In this document: positions 1 to 10,643 of the stretch, in pieces
Numbering within the stretch: position 1 is the stretch's first letter
Layout of the letters: the number at the start of each line of letters is the position of its first letter
Source of the DNA: Octopus sinensis
Taxonomy: Eukaryota
Assembly: GCF_006345805.1 (NCBI RefSeq)
Contig: NC_043023.1
Coordinates: forward strand, 19,592,001-19,656,000
Direction: 5' to 3'
Length of the DNA: 64,000 bases
The notes under the pieces: model-generated
What the model saw: the letters and a program-made list of their open reading frames with translations, nothing else
What the model was told of the DNA's origin: nothing
The model's database searches: none
Position numbers and translations under genes: made by a program

Positions 1-1747
1 ACTGACAAGCAAATCTGTGGTATTGAGCAGAATATTTGCTGTAAAACCCATCTTTTATACCAAGACAAAACAATGTACATGCTGACACTTCCAATCAGTT
101 AAGATCAGAAGCCATGAGAGCCACTACCTGGTACTGCATCAGGGCATTCAAACCCCAAAGAATCCCTCTCTCAACACATGGCTATGATGCTCCCCTCCCC
201 CACTACTTCTGCTCATGATCAGAGATGCACATATCGTCTGCCACTAAGGGACAGGCTCAACTGGTTAAGGTCAAAAACTGACAAGCAAATCTGTGGTATT
301 GAGCAGAATATTTGCTGTAAAACCCATCTTTTATACCAAGACAAAACAATGTACATGATAACACTTCAATCAGTTAAGATCAGAAGCCATGAGAGCCACT
401 ACCTGGTACTGCATCAGGGCATTCAAACCCCAAAGAATCCCTCTCTCAACACTGGCTATGATGCTCCCCCACTACTTCTGCTCATGATCAGAGATGCACA
501 TATCGTCTGCCACTAAGGGACAGGCTCAACTGGTTAAGGTCAAACAACTGACAAGCAAATCTGTGGTATTGAGCAGAATATTTGCTGTAAAACCCATCTT
601 TTATACCAAGACAAAACAATGTACATGATAACACTTCCAATCAGTTAAGATCAGAAGCCATGAGAGCCACTACCTGGTACTGCATCAGGGCATTCAAACC
701 CCAAAGAATCCCTCTCAACACATGGCTATGATGCTCCCCCACTACTTCTGCTCATGATCAGAGATGCACATATCGTCTGCCACTAAGGACAGGAAGGCTC
801 AAACAAAGGACAGGTCAGGTAAGGTCAAACAACTGACAAGCAAATCTGTGGTATTGACAAATATTTGCTGTAAAACCCATCTTTTATACCAAGACAAAAC
901 AATGTACATGATAACACTTCCAATCAGTTAAGATCAGAAGCCATGAGAGCCACTACCTGGTACTGCATCAGGGCATTCAAACCCCAAAGAATCCCTCTCA
1001 ACACATGGCTATGATGCTCCCCCACTACTTCTGCTCATGATCAGAGATGCACATATCGTCTGCCACTAAGGGACAGGCTCAACTGGTTAAGGTCAAACAA
1101 CTGACAAGCAAATCTGTGGTATTGAGCAGAATATTTGCTGTAAAACCCATCTTTTATACCAAGACAAAACAATGTACATGATAACACTTCCAATCAGTTA
1201 AGATCAGAAGCCATGAGAGCCACTACCTGTACTGCATCAGGGCATTCAAACCCCAAAGAATCCCTCTCAACACATGGCTATGATGCTCCCCCACTACTTC
1301 TGCTCATGATCAGAGATGCACATATCGTCTGCCACTAAGGGACAGGCTCAACTGGTTAAGGTCAAACAACTGACAAGCAAATCTGTGGTATTGAGCAGAA
1401 TATTTGCTGTAAAACCCATCTTTTATACCAAGACAAAACAATGTACATGATAACACTTCCAATCAGTTAAGATCAGAAGCCATGAGAGCCACTACCTGGT
1501 ACTGCATCAGGGCATTCAAACCCCAAAGAATCCCTCTCAACACATGGCTATGATGCTCCCCCACTACTTCTGCTCGTGATCAGAGATGCACATATCGTCA
1601 GCCACCAAGGGACATGCTCAACTGGTTAAGGTCAAACAACTGACAAGCAAATCTGTGGTATTGAGCAGAATATTTGCTGTAGCCCATCTTTTATACCAAG
1701 ACAAAACAATGTACATGATAACACTTCCAATCAGTTAAGATCAGAAT
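1..1747 (-). repeat. Tandem array of ~270-bp unit (~6.5 copies, cut by the window edge), derived from a dispersed (TAA)n-associated element
   Basis: ACTGACAAGCAAATC recurs at 1, 277, 547, 832, 1100, 1369, 1639. Part of the unit is the reverse complement of the dispersed copy at ~25936-26030. The array ends at (TTA)n at 1748. Confidence 0.92.
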
Positions 1748-1790
1748 TATTATTATTATTATTATTGTTATCATTATTATTATTATTATT

Positions 1791-2000
1791 AAGGCGGTGA
1801 GCTGGCAGAATTGTTAGCACACTGGATAAAATGCTTAACAACATTTTGTCTATCTTCACGTTGTGAGTTCAAATTCTGCTGAGGTTGACTTTGCCTTTCA
1901 TCCTTTCAGGGGGTTGATGAAATAAGTACCAGTTGAATACTGGGGTCATGACCCCTTCCCCGCAAAATTTCAGGCCTTGTACCTTTAATAGAAAGAATTG
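1791..2000 (+). mobile_element. tRNA-derived SINE (octopus OK-like), diverged
   Basis: Head AAGGCGGTGAGCTGGCAGAA...GAGTTCAAAT (A/B-box-like) followed by GACTTTGCCTTTCATCCTTTC, shared with many copies in the window. Confidence 0.8.
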
Positions 2001-2053
2001 TTGCTGTTGTTGTGTTAATTGTATTATATGTTGGTGACCTTCTCTTTGTCCAG

Positions 2054-2205
2054 GTTCCATTTCATTAAGGAATATCTGATTGAGTTCAACCAGCTGGCTA
2101 TGGCTAATGCCGAGGGCAATGATGATATGCTTAACAGGGTGATGACCAAGGACAACATTGGACTGGCCGCTCTCCTTGAGGTCAAGGAGCCTCATTATGA
2201 AACTG
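2054..2205 (+). CDS. CNOT6: CCR4-NOT subunit 6 (CCR4 deadenylase, EEP domain), internal exon
   Basis: CAG|G acceptor at 2053/2054, GTAAT donor at 2206. Encodes FHFIKEYLIEFNQLAMANAEGNDDMLNRVMTKDNIGLAALLEVKE, matching the CCR4 EFNQLAM...LNRVMTKDNI motif. Phase 2 to phase 1. Confidence 0.95.
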
Positions 2206-2467
2206 GTAATGCACTTTTCCCCTTTTCTACTCCATAACACAATCCCACCACATCTTCACCCTTTCTCTCTGTCTTCCCTCCTCTCTCTTTCTATCTTCCC
2301 TTTTTCTCTTCCCTCTCTCATGTCCTCTCTCTCCCTTTCCTGTATTCCCTATTCTCCTATCTTTATTCTCTCTCTTTTTACTCCTTTGTAAGTGTTTGTT
2401 ATCTGCCTGGCCCCATGAGGAAACTGGCTCTGCTACACACACACATCCCTACACTAGTTTATACCCA

Positions 2468-2850
2468 CAACCCACAAAATTCACTCTCCCAACAATAAGA
2501 ACTGTTGTCTTCATCAACGTAAGGGAGACAACTAATTTATATCGCCAACCCACAGGATACACTCTCCCAACAATAAGAACTGTTGTCTTCATCAACGTAA
2601 GGGAGACAACTAATTCATATATCCAACCCACAGGATACACTCGCCCAACAGTAAGAACTGTTGTCTTCATCAACGTAAGGGAGACAACTAATTCATATAT
2701 CCAACCCACAGGATACACTCGCCCAACAATAAGAACTGTTGTCTTCATCAACGTAAGGGAGACAACTAATTTATATCTATTTATATCTCCAACCCACAGG
2801 ATACACTCTCCCTACAACTGTTGGCTTCATCAATGTAAAGGAGACAACAC
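2468..2850. repeat. 78-bp minisatellite (~4.5 copies), intronic
   Basis: CCCACA(GGATACACTC) recurs at 2471, 2549, 2627, 2705, 2793. It produces the 26-aa repeat in ORF 2396-2857. Confidence 0.9.
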
Positions 2851-3645
2851 TGTATAACCTCTCCTCTCTCTCTCATTTTTACAATGACATTGTCGGGTCA
2901 GCCTGAGAGACTGGATCTGGCCAGTTTGAACCTAAATCATGGATACTGGGAAATCAGCACGATGTGCTTGTATATTGAAATCATATACACAAGCATTTCA
3001 CATACGTAAATGTGCAGCCATGGCCATGTGATAAGAAGCTTGCTTCCTAACCACATGGTTCCGGGTTCAGTTCCACTGTGTGGCACCTTGGGCAAGTGTC
3101 TTCTACTATAGCCTTGGGCCAACCAAAAACCTTGTGGGTAGGTTTGGGAGACAGAAACTGAAAGAAGACCATTGTGTGTGTTTATGTTTGTCCCTCACCA
3201 CTGTCGGCAACCCATGTTGGTTTGTTTATGTCCCCATAAGTTAACAGCTTGGGAAAGGAGACTGATAGAATAAGTACCAGGGTTACTCTTTACTCTCTCT
3301 TTTACTCTTTTACTTGTTTCAGTCATTTGACTGCGGCCATGCTGGAGCACCACCTTTTATGAACCCGGAACCATGTGGTTGGTTAGCAAGCTACTTACCA
3401 CACAGCCACTCCTAATTAATTAATTACTGGGGTTGATTAATTTGACTAAGAATTCTTATGGCCACAGTCTGATGGCAGAAACAAATAAAAAGATAATAAA
3501 AGAAGAGATATGAGCACATTGTGAAACCCGCATGCATGAATGCCACCACATCACAGTCATTTGTAAACTCAAAACCATTTGTTTTCTCTGGAACCTCTTC
3601 AAATCTCAGCATTCACTTTGACCCCTCTTTTTTTCTTTCTCCTAG

Positions 3646-3876
3646 GAATGCCAGCTGATCGACTCCGGGGTCAGCCGTTGCTTGTAGCCACGGCCCACAT
3701 CCACTGGGACCCAGAATACTCCGATGTGAAGCTTATTCAGACAATGATGCTGATGTGGGAGCTAAAACAGATCATCGAAGACACGTGCCGGGGTTACGGC
3801 TTGACTGCTCCCACCATCGACTGCAATGCCATTCCTTTGCTCTTGTGTGGAGATCTCAATTCACTGCCAAATTCAG
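3646..3876 (+). CDS. CNOT6: CCR4 deadenylase internal exon
   Basis: Pyrimidine tract plus TAG acceptor at 3645, GTGAGT donor at 3877, 231 nt, phase 1 to phase 1. Encodes LLVATAHIHWDPEYSDVKLIQTMML...PLLLCGDLNSLPNSG, with the EEP motifs HIHWDP and GDLNS. Confidence 0.96.
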
Positions 3877-4000
3877 GTGAGTCCTTTGACCTCAAGCCCC
3901 CAAAACCTCTCTCAATTCACTGCCAAATTCAGGTGAGTCCTTTGACCTCAAGCCCCCAAAACCTCTCTCAATTCACTGCCAAATTCAAGTGAGTCCTTTG
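3855..4000 (+). repeat. 56-bp tandem triplication spanning the exon end and 5' splice site
   Basis: CTCAATTCACTGCCAAATTCAGGTGAGTCCTTTG starts at 3855, 3911 and 3967. The third copy has AA|GT. Confidence 0.92.
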
Positions 4001-4016
4001 TATGTTAGAAAGGATG

Positions 4017-4046
<30 letters not shown>

Positions 4047-4047
<1 letters not shown>

Positions 4048-4590
4048 TCTTCAAGAATATCACCATTGAGGACAATGGGTGTTTTGTCTGGTGGGGTGAA
4101 GCCAGCTGTGAGGATTTTGGTCTTCGAGGCATTGACTTTCATACCTATTTCTTTACTACCCACAAGGGGCTAAACACAGAGGGGACAAACAAGGACAGAC
4201 AAATGGATTAAGTCGATTATATCGACTCCAGTGCGTAACTGGTACTTAATTTATTGACCCCGAAAGGATGAAAGGCAAAGTCGACCTCGGCGGAATTTGA
4301 ACTCAGAACGTAGCTGCAGACGAAATACGGCTACGCATTTTGCCCGGCGTGCTAATGTTTCTACCAGTACCACCGCCTTTGACTTTCATACCAATCTGCG
4401 ATGCAACACGCTGGAGCTCATTGATAGCAAACTGGACGTCAGCAAATGTTTCGCCAAGTATCGCAATGTCATCTGCATAGTCTAGATCCTTGACGGAAAA
4501 GTTGTGACCAACAGTGACACCGGGGAACTCCCTTAATGCATTTGTGGTGATCCAGTCGATAGCGAAATTGAAAAGAGTTGGCGGATCCAG
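4047..4590 (-). mobile_element. RTE-clade LINE reverse transcriptase fragment, interrupted by a SINE
   Basis: PTLFNFAIDW...DLDYADDIAIL...GMKV continues as NASKTKILTAG...ILEE on the far side of the SINE. YADD motif present. Confidence 0.85.
4146..4378 (-). mobile_element. OK-like SINE with 14-bp target-site duplication
   Basis: TTGACTTTCATACC at both 4132-4145 and 4379-4392. Confidence 0.9.
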
Positions 4591-4765
4591 CATAGTTTGC
4601 TTTCTTTCTCAATTAAAACTACGTCTGGTTTCCTATTCTCTATCTCATGGTCACACTGAATCATAAAATCCCATAGGATCTTTGCATTATCATTTCCGAT
4701 GATGCCTTTGGGTTTATGGTCGTACCAATTTTTTTCTCTATCAAGTCCATACATGTCACAAAGTT
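4590..4765 (-). mobile_element. Restriction-like endonuclease (REL) fragment of an R4/Dong-type non-LTR element
   Basis: WYDHKPKGIIGNDNAKILWDFMIQCDHEIENRKPDVVLIEK, resembling the KILWDF...RKPD motif. Abuts (TAA)n. Confidence 0.7.
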
Positions 4766-4998
4766 GTTATTATTATTATTATTATCACTGTTTTCCACAT
4801 TCAATTTTGTTTCCATTTCTTACCGAGTGTCTTCCCGACACCTAGGACAAAGAAACTCATTGTATACATTGGTAGGCCATTAAAATAAGCATATCAGATT
4901 GTTCATTTACAAATTGTTCATGTGATAGAAAAAAGGGGGGAAGAGAAGGAATCATTGTTGTTGTTGTTATTATTGTTGTGTGTTTTTGTTTTGTGCAG

Positions 4999-5176
4999 GA
5001 GTTGTGGAGTACCTAAGTACAGGGAAAGTAGCAGCTGACCATCTTGACTTCAAGGAGTACGCCTATCGTTCTTCGTTGCGCAAGATAAGTACTGCTGAAG
5101 GAAAAGATGCCTTGTCTCACAGCTTCCGCCTGTGCAGGGCCTACCAAGGGGACACAATGCCATTCACTAACTATAC
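4999..5176 (+). CDS. CNOT6: CCR4 deadenylase internal exon
   Basis: TTTTGTGCAG acceptor, GTAAGT donor at 5177, 178 nt, phase 1 to phase 2. Encodes GVVEYLSTGKVAADHLDFKE...HSFRLCRAYQGDTMPFTNYT. Confidence 0.96.
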
Positions 5177-5359
5177 GTAAGTAAACTGACCATGTTTGGC
5201 GCCTTTTGGGGGCCTGGTGGTGGGGTTAGGGTCACTTGTATTGAGGGCACTGGGTTTTTGGTGCTGAGAAAGTTTTAGGATGGCTGGTGGTGACTTAGGA
5301 GTTGTAGAAGGGACCAGTGCGGACGTGAGTGTTCTGGAGTGATTGGTGGTTGATTGAGA

Positions 5360-7010
5360 CATTTTGGATTGACCAGCAATGTCGTGGGTGTTCTAGAATG
5401 ACCAGCAATATCTTGTGAGTGTTAGGAGTGGCTGATGGTGGCATAAGAATTCTAGAGTGACCAGTGGGTGTGAGGATATTCTTGAGTGACCAGCAGTGTC
5501 GTGGGTGTTCTAGAATGACCAGCAATATTGTGAGTGTTAGGAGTGGCTGATGGTGGCATAAGAATTCTAGAGTGACCAGTGGGTGTGTGAGGATATTCTT
5601 GAGTGACCAGCAGTGTCGTGGGTGTTCTAGAATGACCAGCAATATCTTATGAGTGTTAGGAGTGGCTGATGGTGGCATAAGAATTCTAGAGTGACCAGTG
5701 GTGTGAGGATATTCTTGAGTGACCAGCAGTGTCGTGGGTGGTTCTAGAATGACCGCAATATCTTATGAGTGTTAGGAGTGGCTGATGGTGGCATAAGAAT
5801 TCTAGAGTGACCAGGGGTGTGAGGATATTCTTGAGTGACCAGCAGTGTCGTGGGTGTTCTAGAATGACCAGCAATATCTGTGAGTGTTAGGAGTGGCTGA
5901 TGGTGGCATAAGAATTCTAGAGTGACCAGGGTGTGAGGATATTCTTGAGTGACCAGCAGTGTCGTGGGTGTTCTAGAATGACCAGCAATATCTTATGAGT
6001 GTTAGGAGTGGCTGATGGTGGCATAAGAATTCTAGAGTGACCAGTGGGTGTGAGGATATTCTTGAGTGACCAGCAGTGTCGTGGGTGTTCTAGAATGACC
6101 AGCAATATCTTGTGAGTGTTAGGAGTGGCTGATGGTGGCATAAGAATTCTAGAGTGACCAGTGGGTGTGAGGATATTCTTGAGTGACCAGCAGTGTCGTG
6201 GGTGTTCTAGAATGACCAGCAATATCTTGTGAGTGTTAGGAGTGGCTGATGGTGGCATAAGAATTCTAGAGTGACCAGTGGGTGTGAGGATATTCTTGAG
6301 TGACCAGCAGTGTCGTGGGTGTTCTAGAATGACCAGCAATATCTTATGAGTGTTAGGAGTGGCTGATGGTGGCATAAGAATTCTAGAGTGACCAGTGGGT
6401 GTGTGGGTATTCTTGAGTGACCAGCAGTGTCGTGGGTGTTCTAGAATGACCAGCAATATCTTGTGAGTTAGGAGTGGCTGATGGTGTGGCATAAGAATTC
6501 TAGAGTGACCAGTGGGGTGTGGGTATTCTTGAGTGACCAGCAGTGTCGTGGGTGTTCTAGAATGACCAGCAATATCTTGTGAGTGTTAGGAGTGGCTGAT
6601 GGTGGCATAAGAATTCTAGAGTGACCAGGGGTGTGTGGGTATTCTTGAGTGACCAGCAGTGTCGTGGGTGTTCTAGAATGACCAGCAATATTTATGAGTG
6701 TTAGGAGTGGCTGATGGTGGATAAGAATTCTAGAGTGACCAGTGGGGTGTGGGTATTCTTGAGTGACAGCAGTGTCGTGGGTGTTCTAGAATGACCAGCA
6801 ATATCTTGTGAGTGTAGGAGTGGCTGATGGTGGCATAAGAATTCTAGAGTGACCAGTGGGTGTGTGAGGATATTCTTGAGTGACCAGCAGTGTCGTGGGT
6901 GTTCTAGAATGACCAGCAATATCTTGTGGAGTTAGGAGTGGCTGATGGTGGCATAAGAATTCTAGAGTGACCAGTGGGTGTGTGGGTATTCTTGAATGAC
7001 CGGCAGTAAC
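5360..7010. repeat. ~117-bp minisatellite (~14 copies) with internal TGACCAG subrepeats, intronic
   Basis: Unit GAGTGACCAGTGGGTGTGAGGATATTCTTGAGTGACCAGCAGTGTCGTGGGTGTTCTAGAATGACCAGC...AAGAATTCTA. Gives a 39-aa repeat in the minus-strand ORFs. Confidence 0.92.
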
Positions 7011-7429
7011 AGGATTGGCCAGCAATGATAGGGGAGTCTTAGGTAAAGTTGGTGTTATTCTTCTATAATAATTCCATTCACATCTAAGATGTTTTATAAG
7101 AATATTAATCTTTTAGCATGTAAGCTGATTGTGTCCAGTGCAAATATTCTGTTTTATGTTCAAACTGGTCAGATCCAGCCTCTCACACCTACCCTACAAT
7201 GTCATTGTAAAATTAAACAAACACATCATCAAAGTCTAGAAGCTATGAGATAATCCATGATTAGTTCAAAACAATGTGAATAAATAAGGATTACCTTTGA
7301 TAGAGTAATCTGGATGCTAAAGTGTTAATCCAGCCATATCCAGCCCAAATATTCTACTTGCTTTATGTTCAAACAGGACAGATCTAGCCTCTCACACAAA
7401 CCCTCAATGTCATTCTTAAAATAAGCATT

Positions 7430-7650
7430 GTGGCTGTTTGCCAGCCTCCCCTGGCTCCTGTGCCGGTGACACATAAAAAAACATCCACTACCCTCACGGA
7501 GTGGTTGGCGTTAGGAAGGGCATCCAGCTGTAGAAACACTGCCAGATCAGACTGGAGCCTGGTGCAGCCTCCATGGCTTCCCAGACCCCAGTCGAACCAT
7601 CCACCCCATGCCAGCATGGAAAACGGACATTAAACGATGATGATGATGAC
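7430..7650 (+). mobile_element. RTE-type LINE 3' tail ending in (GAT)n
   Basis: GGTTGGCGTTAGGAAGGGCATCCAGCTGTAGAAAC...GGACATTAAACGATGATGATG. Many further copies, e.g. 43800-43990, 47325-47575, 51290-52020, 57030-57360. Confidence 0.8.
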
Positions 7651-7873
7651 ATCATGGGAATCTTGAAGCTACAAGATGAGACAAGATTAATTTAAAACAA
7701 TGTGATTAAGTAAGGATTAGAGTTGATAGAATAATCCAAATGCTAAAGGATTAAACCAGCCATGTTCTACCTGTTTTATGTCCAAACTGGCTGGATCTGG
7801 CTTCTCACACAAATCCTACCATGTCATTTTGAGAGAATAAAAGTTGCATCGTTGGAATCTCTAGGTTGTGAGA

Positions 7874-8287
7874 TACTCTTTACTCTTTACTCTTTTACTT
7901 GTATCAGTCATTTGACTGCGGCCATGCTGGAGCACCGCCTTTTAGTCGAGCAAATCGACCCCGGGACTTATTCTGTGTAAGCCCAGTACTTATTCTATCG
8001 GTCTCTTTTGCCGAACTGCTAAGTGACGGGGACATAAACACACCAGCATTGGTTGTCAAGCAATGCTAGGGGGACAAACACAGACACACAAACACACACA
8101 CGCATATATATACATATATACATATATACGACAGGCTTCTTTTCAGTTTCCGTCTACCAAATCCACTCACAAGGCTTTGGTCGGCCCGAGGCTATAGTAG
8201 AAGACACTTGCCCAAGGTGCCATGCAGTGGGACTGAACCTGGAATCATGTGGTTGGTAAACAAACTACTTACCACACAGCCACTCCT
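7874..8287 (-). mobile_element. tRNA-derived CORE-like SINE (octopus OR-like), full length
   Basis: Head GGAGTGGCTGTGTGGTAAG...GGTTCAGTCCC, CORE-like ACCTTGGGCAAGTG, internal (AT)/(GT) tract, (AAAAGAGT)n tail. Confidence 0.85.
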
Positions 8288-8289
8288 AT

Positions 8290-8350
8290 AAATCCTTAAA
8301 TCCTTAAAAATGTTTTAGCCCGAAGGCCGCGGCCATGCTGGGGCACCACC
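8290..8350 (-). mobile_element. 5'-truncated 3' tail of the CR1-type LINE also seen at 46062-46955
   Basis: ATCCTTAAATCCTTAAAAATGTTTTAGCCCGAAGGCCGCGGCCATGCTGGGGCACCACC matches 46062-46120. Confidence 0.85.
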
Positions 8351-8389
8351 TATGCCTATGATTTATTTTTTTTTTTTTTTAAATTTCAG

Positions 8390-8879
8390 ATACGAATTCA
8401 AGGGTGTCATTGATTACATCTTCTACTCGCGGGAACACATGAACCTGCTCGGCCTTCTGGGGCCGCTCGACGGAGAATGGTTTCGCGAGAACAAGGTTGC
8501 CGGCTGCCCGCACCCGCACATCCCCTCCGACCACTTCTCGCTCTTTGTCGAGCTCGAGATGCCGGTACCCGTCCCGAACGGGCGCGGCATCGGCCCGGGC
8601 CCTTCTTCTGCTGTCTCGCCGATGTGCCCCTCGTCCGGCGGCGGTGGCGGCACCTCTAACATGACGGTGGGAGGAGCGGCAGGAATTGTCGGCGGCGGAG
8701 GAGGAGGCGGCAGTGGAAACGGCGGTGGCGGCGGCAACAACAACAACAACAGTGGCAGCGGGGGTGGCGGCAGCGGAAACATGAACAACAGCAGTGGTAG
8801 TGGCAGCGGAGGTGGCGGCGGCAGCGGAGGTGGTGGCGGAAGCGGAAACAACAACAACCTTCACATGAAAGTGAGATAG
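8390..8879 (+). CDS. CNOT6: CCR4 deadenylase last coding exon with Gly/Ser/Asn-rich C-terminal extension
   Basis: Poly-T tract plus TTTCAG acceptor. AC|A completes Thr. Encodes YEFKGVIDYIFYS...GCPHPHIPSDHFSLFVELEM (EEP motifs IDYIF, PSDH). Stop TAG at 8877-8879. All four exons splice in frame. Confidence 0.93.
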
Positions 8880-8894
8880 TGCCTCAACGAGTGA

Positions 8895-9255
8895 CTTCAC
8901 CACCACTACCACCACCACCACCACCACCACTACACCACACCACCACCACCACCAAAACCTCCGCGACCACCACCACCACTACCACCACCACTACCACTAC
9001 AGTAACAGCTCACCTCTTCCCACTACCGCGAATTTCATCGCCATCACTAAACCACCATCATCACCGCCGCCGTCGTCGTCGCCAAGAGCAACAACAACAA
9101 CAACAGCAGCAGCAGCAGCATCACTGTCGTCGTCATAACAACAACAACAACATCGTCGTCGTCGTCATCAGCAACACTCGCTGTCATCGCCATCGTCATC
9201 ACCACCACCACCACCATCATCATCATCGTCATCGTAGTCGTTATTGTTGTCGTTA
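8895..9255. repeat. Mosaic trinucleotide repeats (CAC/CAA/CAG/CAT/CGT) just after the CNOT6 stop
   Basis: Seen directly in the sequence. Confidence 0.9.
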
Positions 9256-9454
9256 ACATCCCAAGCAAAAACTTACTACAAGGCAGCATCGCCTCCCTCT
9301 CACCCTCACCCCACCCCCCCCCCAACAAACTCTCGTCATTCGTATGTATGCCCTCCCCCCAACTCCCCATTCCACCACGACCACCACCAACCATTATTGT
9401 CGTTCATCATCATCATCACCCTGGAAATGTCATTCAGCAAAGGAGCTTGAGATA

Positions 9455-9731
9455 TCTGTCTGTGTGTGTGTGTGTGGTGTATGCATATATGTGTTTATGT
9501 GTGTGTGTATATATATATATGTGTATGTATATATGTATATATATGTGTATGTATATATGTATATATATGTATATATATGTGTATATATAGCTATATATGT
9601 ATAAATATATGTATGTATGTATATATATGTATATATGTGTGTGTATATATATATATATGTGTATATATATATGTGTGTATATATATATGTGTGTATATAT
9701 ATATATATGTGTGTATATATGTGTGTGTGTG

Positions 9732-9768
<37 letters not shown>

Positions 9769-10140
9769 GTGTGTGTGTGAGTATGTATATATAGATATAT
9801 GTGTGTATATATATATACACACATATATAGACTCATGTAAACTTCTGTGTGTGTGTGTATGTATATATATGTATATATATGTATATATATGTATATATGT
9901 GTGTGTGTGTGTATATATATATATACACACACATACACACACACACAATGTATAATTGTGTGTGTGAGAGTTTACATGCGGGTATATATGTATTGTTGGA
10001 TGTGAATTGTGTGTGTATGCATATGTATATTTGTGAAAATATATATATATGCATACACATATACACACATATATAGACTCATGTAAACTTCTGTGTGTGT
10101 GTGTATATATATACATACATATATATATATATTGTGCTCA
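9455..10140. repeat. (AT)n/(GT)n compound microsatellite
   Basis: Seen directly. Similar blocks at ~13225-13800, ~14240-14640 and ~17820-17950. Confidence 0.95.
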
Positions 10141-10591
10141 CACTTATGTATTTTCTTCCTGTCATTTTTTTGTCTCCTTCATATCTCTCACCGGTCCAAC
10201 CTGGCCCACCTCACCTACAAACATGGAATAAAGTTTACAAATTTTAAACTGACAAGACAGACCCTAAAACCACCACTCCACCACCCCCGCCACCTGCCCT
10301 TTCTCTCTGTCTCTTTCTCATACCCGCCCACACGCCATTCTTTCACCCCCACCCCACCCCACCCCATTTTCACTGTCACCTGACTTCAGAAATCGGAACA
10401 TCTGTGCATGATTTTTTATTATTTTTTTTTTCTTCTTTATTTTGATCCTTATAAATTGTCCACGCATGCGTGTGCACACACACACACAACACACACACAC
10501 TTACATGCATGCACGTGTGTGTATATATAAGTATATATATATTTGTGTGTGTGTATGGTTTTGCTTGTAAATATACGTGCATATCTGTGTA

Positions 10592-10643
<52 letters not shown>

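Noticed and set aside
781-835. Scrambled variant within the 270-bp array (and similar indels at 44580-44640)
   Set aside because: It looks like long-read consensus noise, so it is not interpreted biologically.
1690-1747. HDV-like ribozyme in the 270-bp unit (9-bp hairpin on the minus strand preceded by GG)
   Set aside because: I could not find a P1 partner, P2 is at most 4 bp, and there is no convincing catalytic J4/2.
8379-8930. Minus-strand and alternative-frame ORFs over the CNOT6 last exon
   Set aside because: Shadow ORFs of a GC-rich, low-complexity coding exon, with no independent motifs.
8879-9256. Stop-codon readthrough or a second ORF into the triplet repeats after CNOT6
   Set aside because: A second in-frame stop (TGA) follows five codons after the TAG. 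The homopolymer ORF is in another frame and has no supported start or acceptor.
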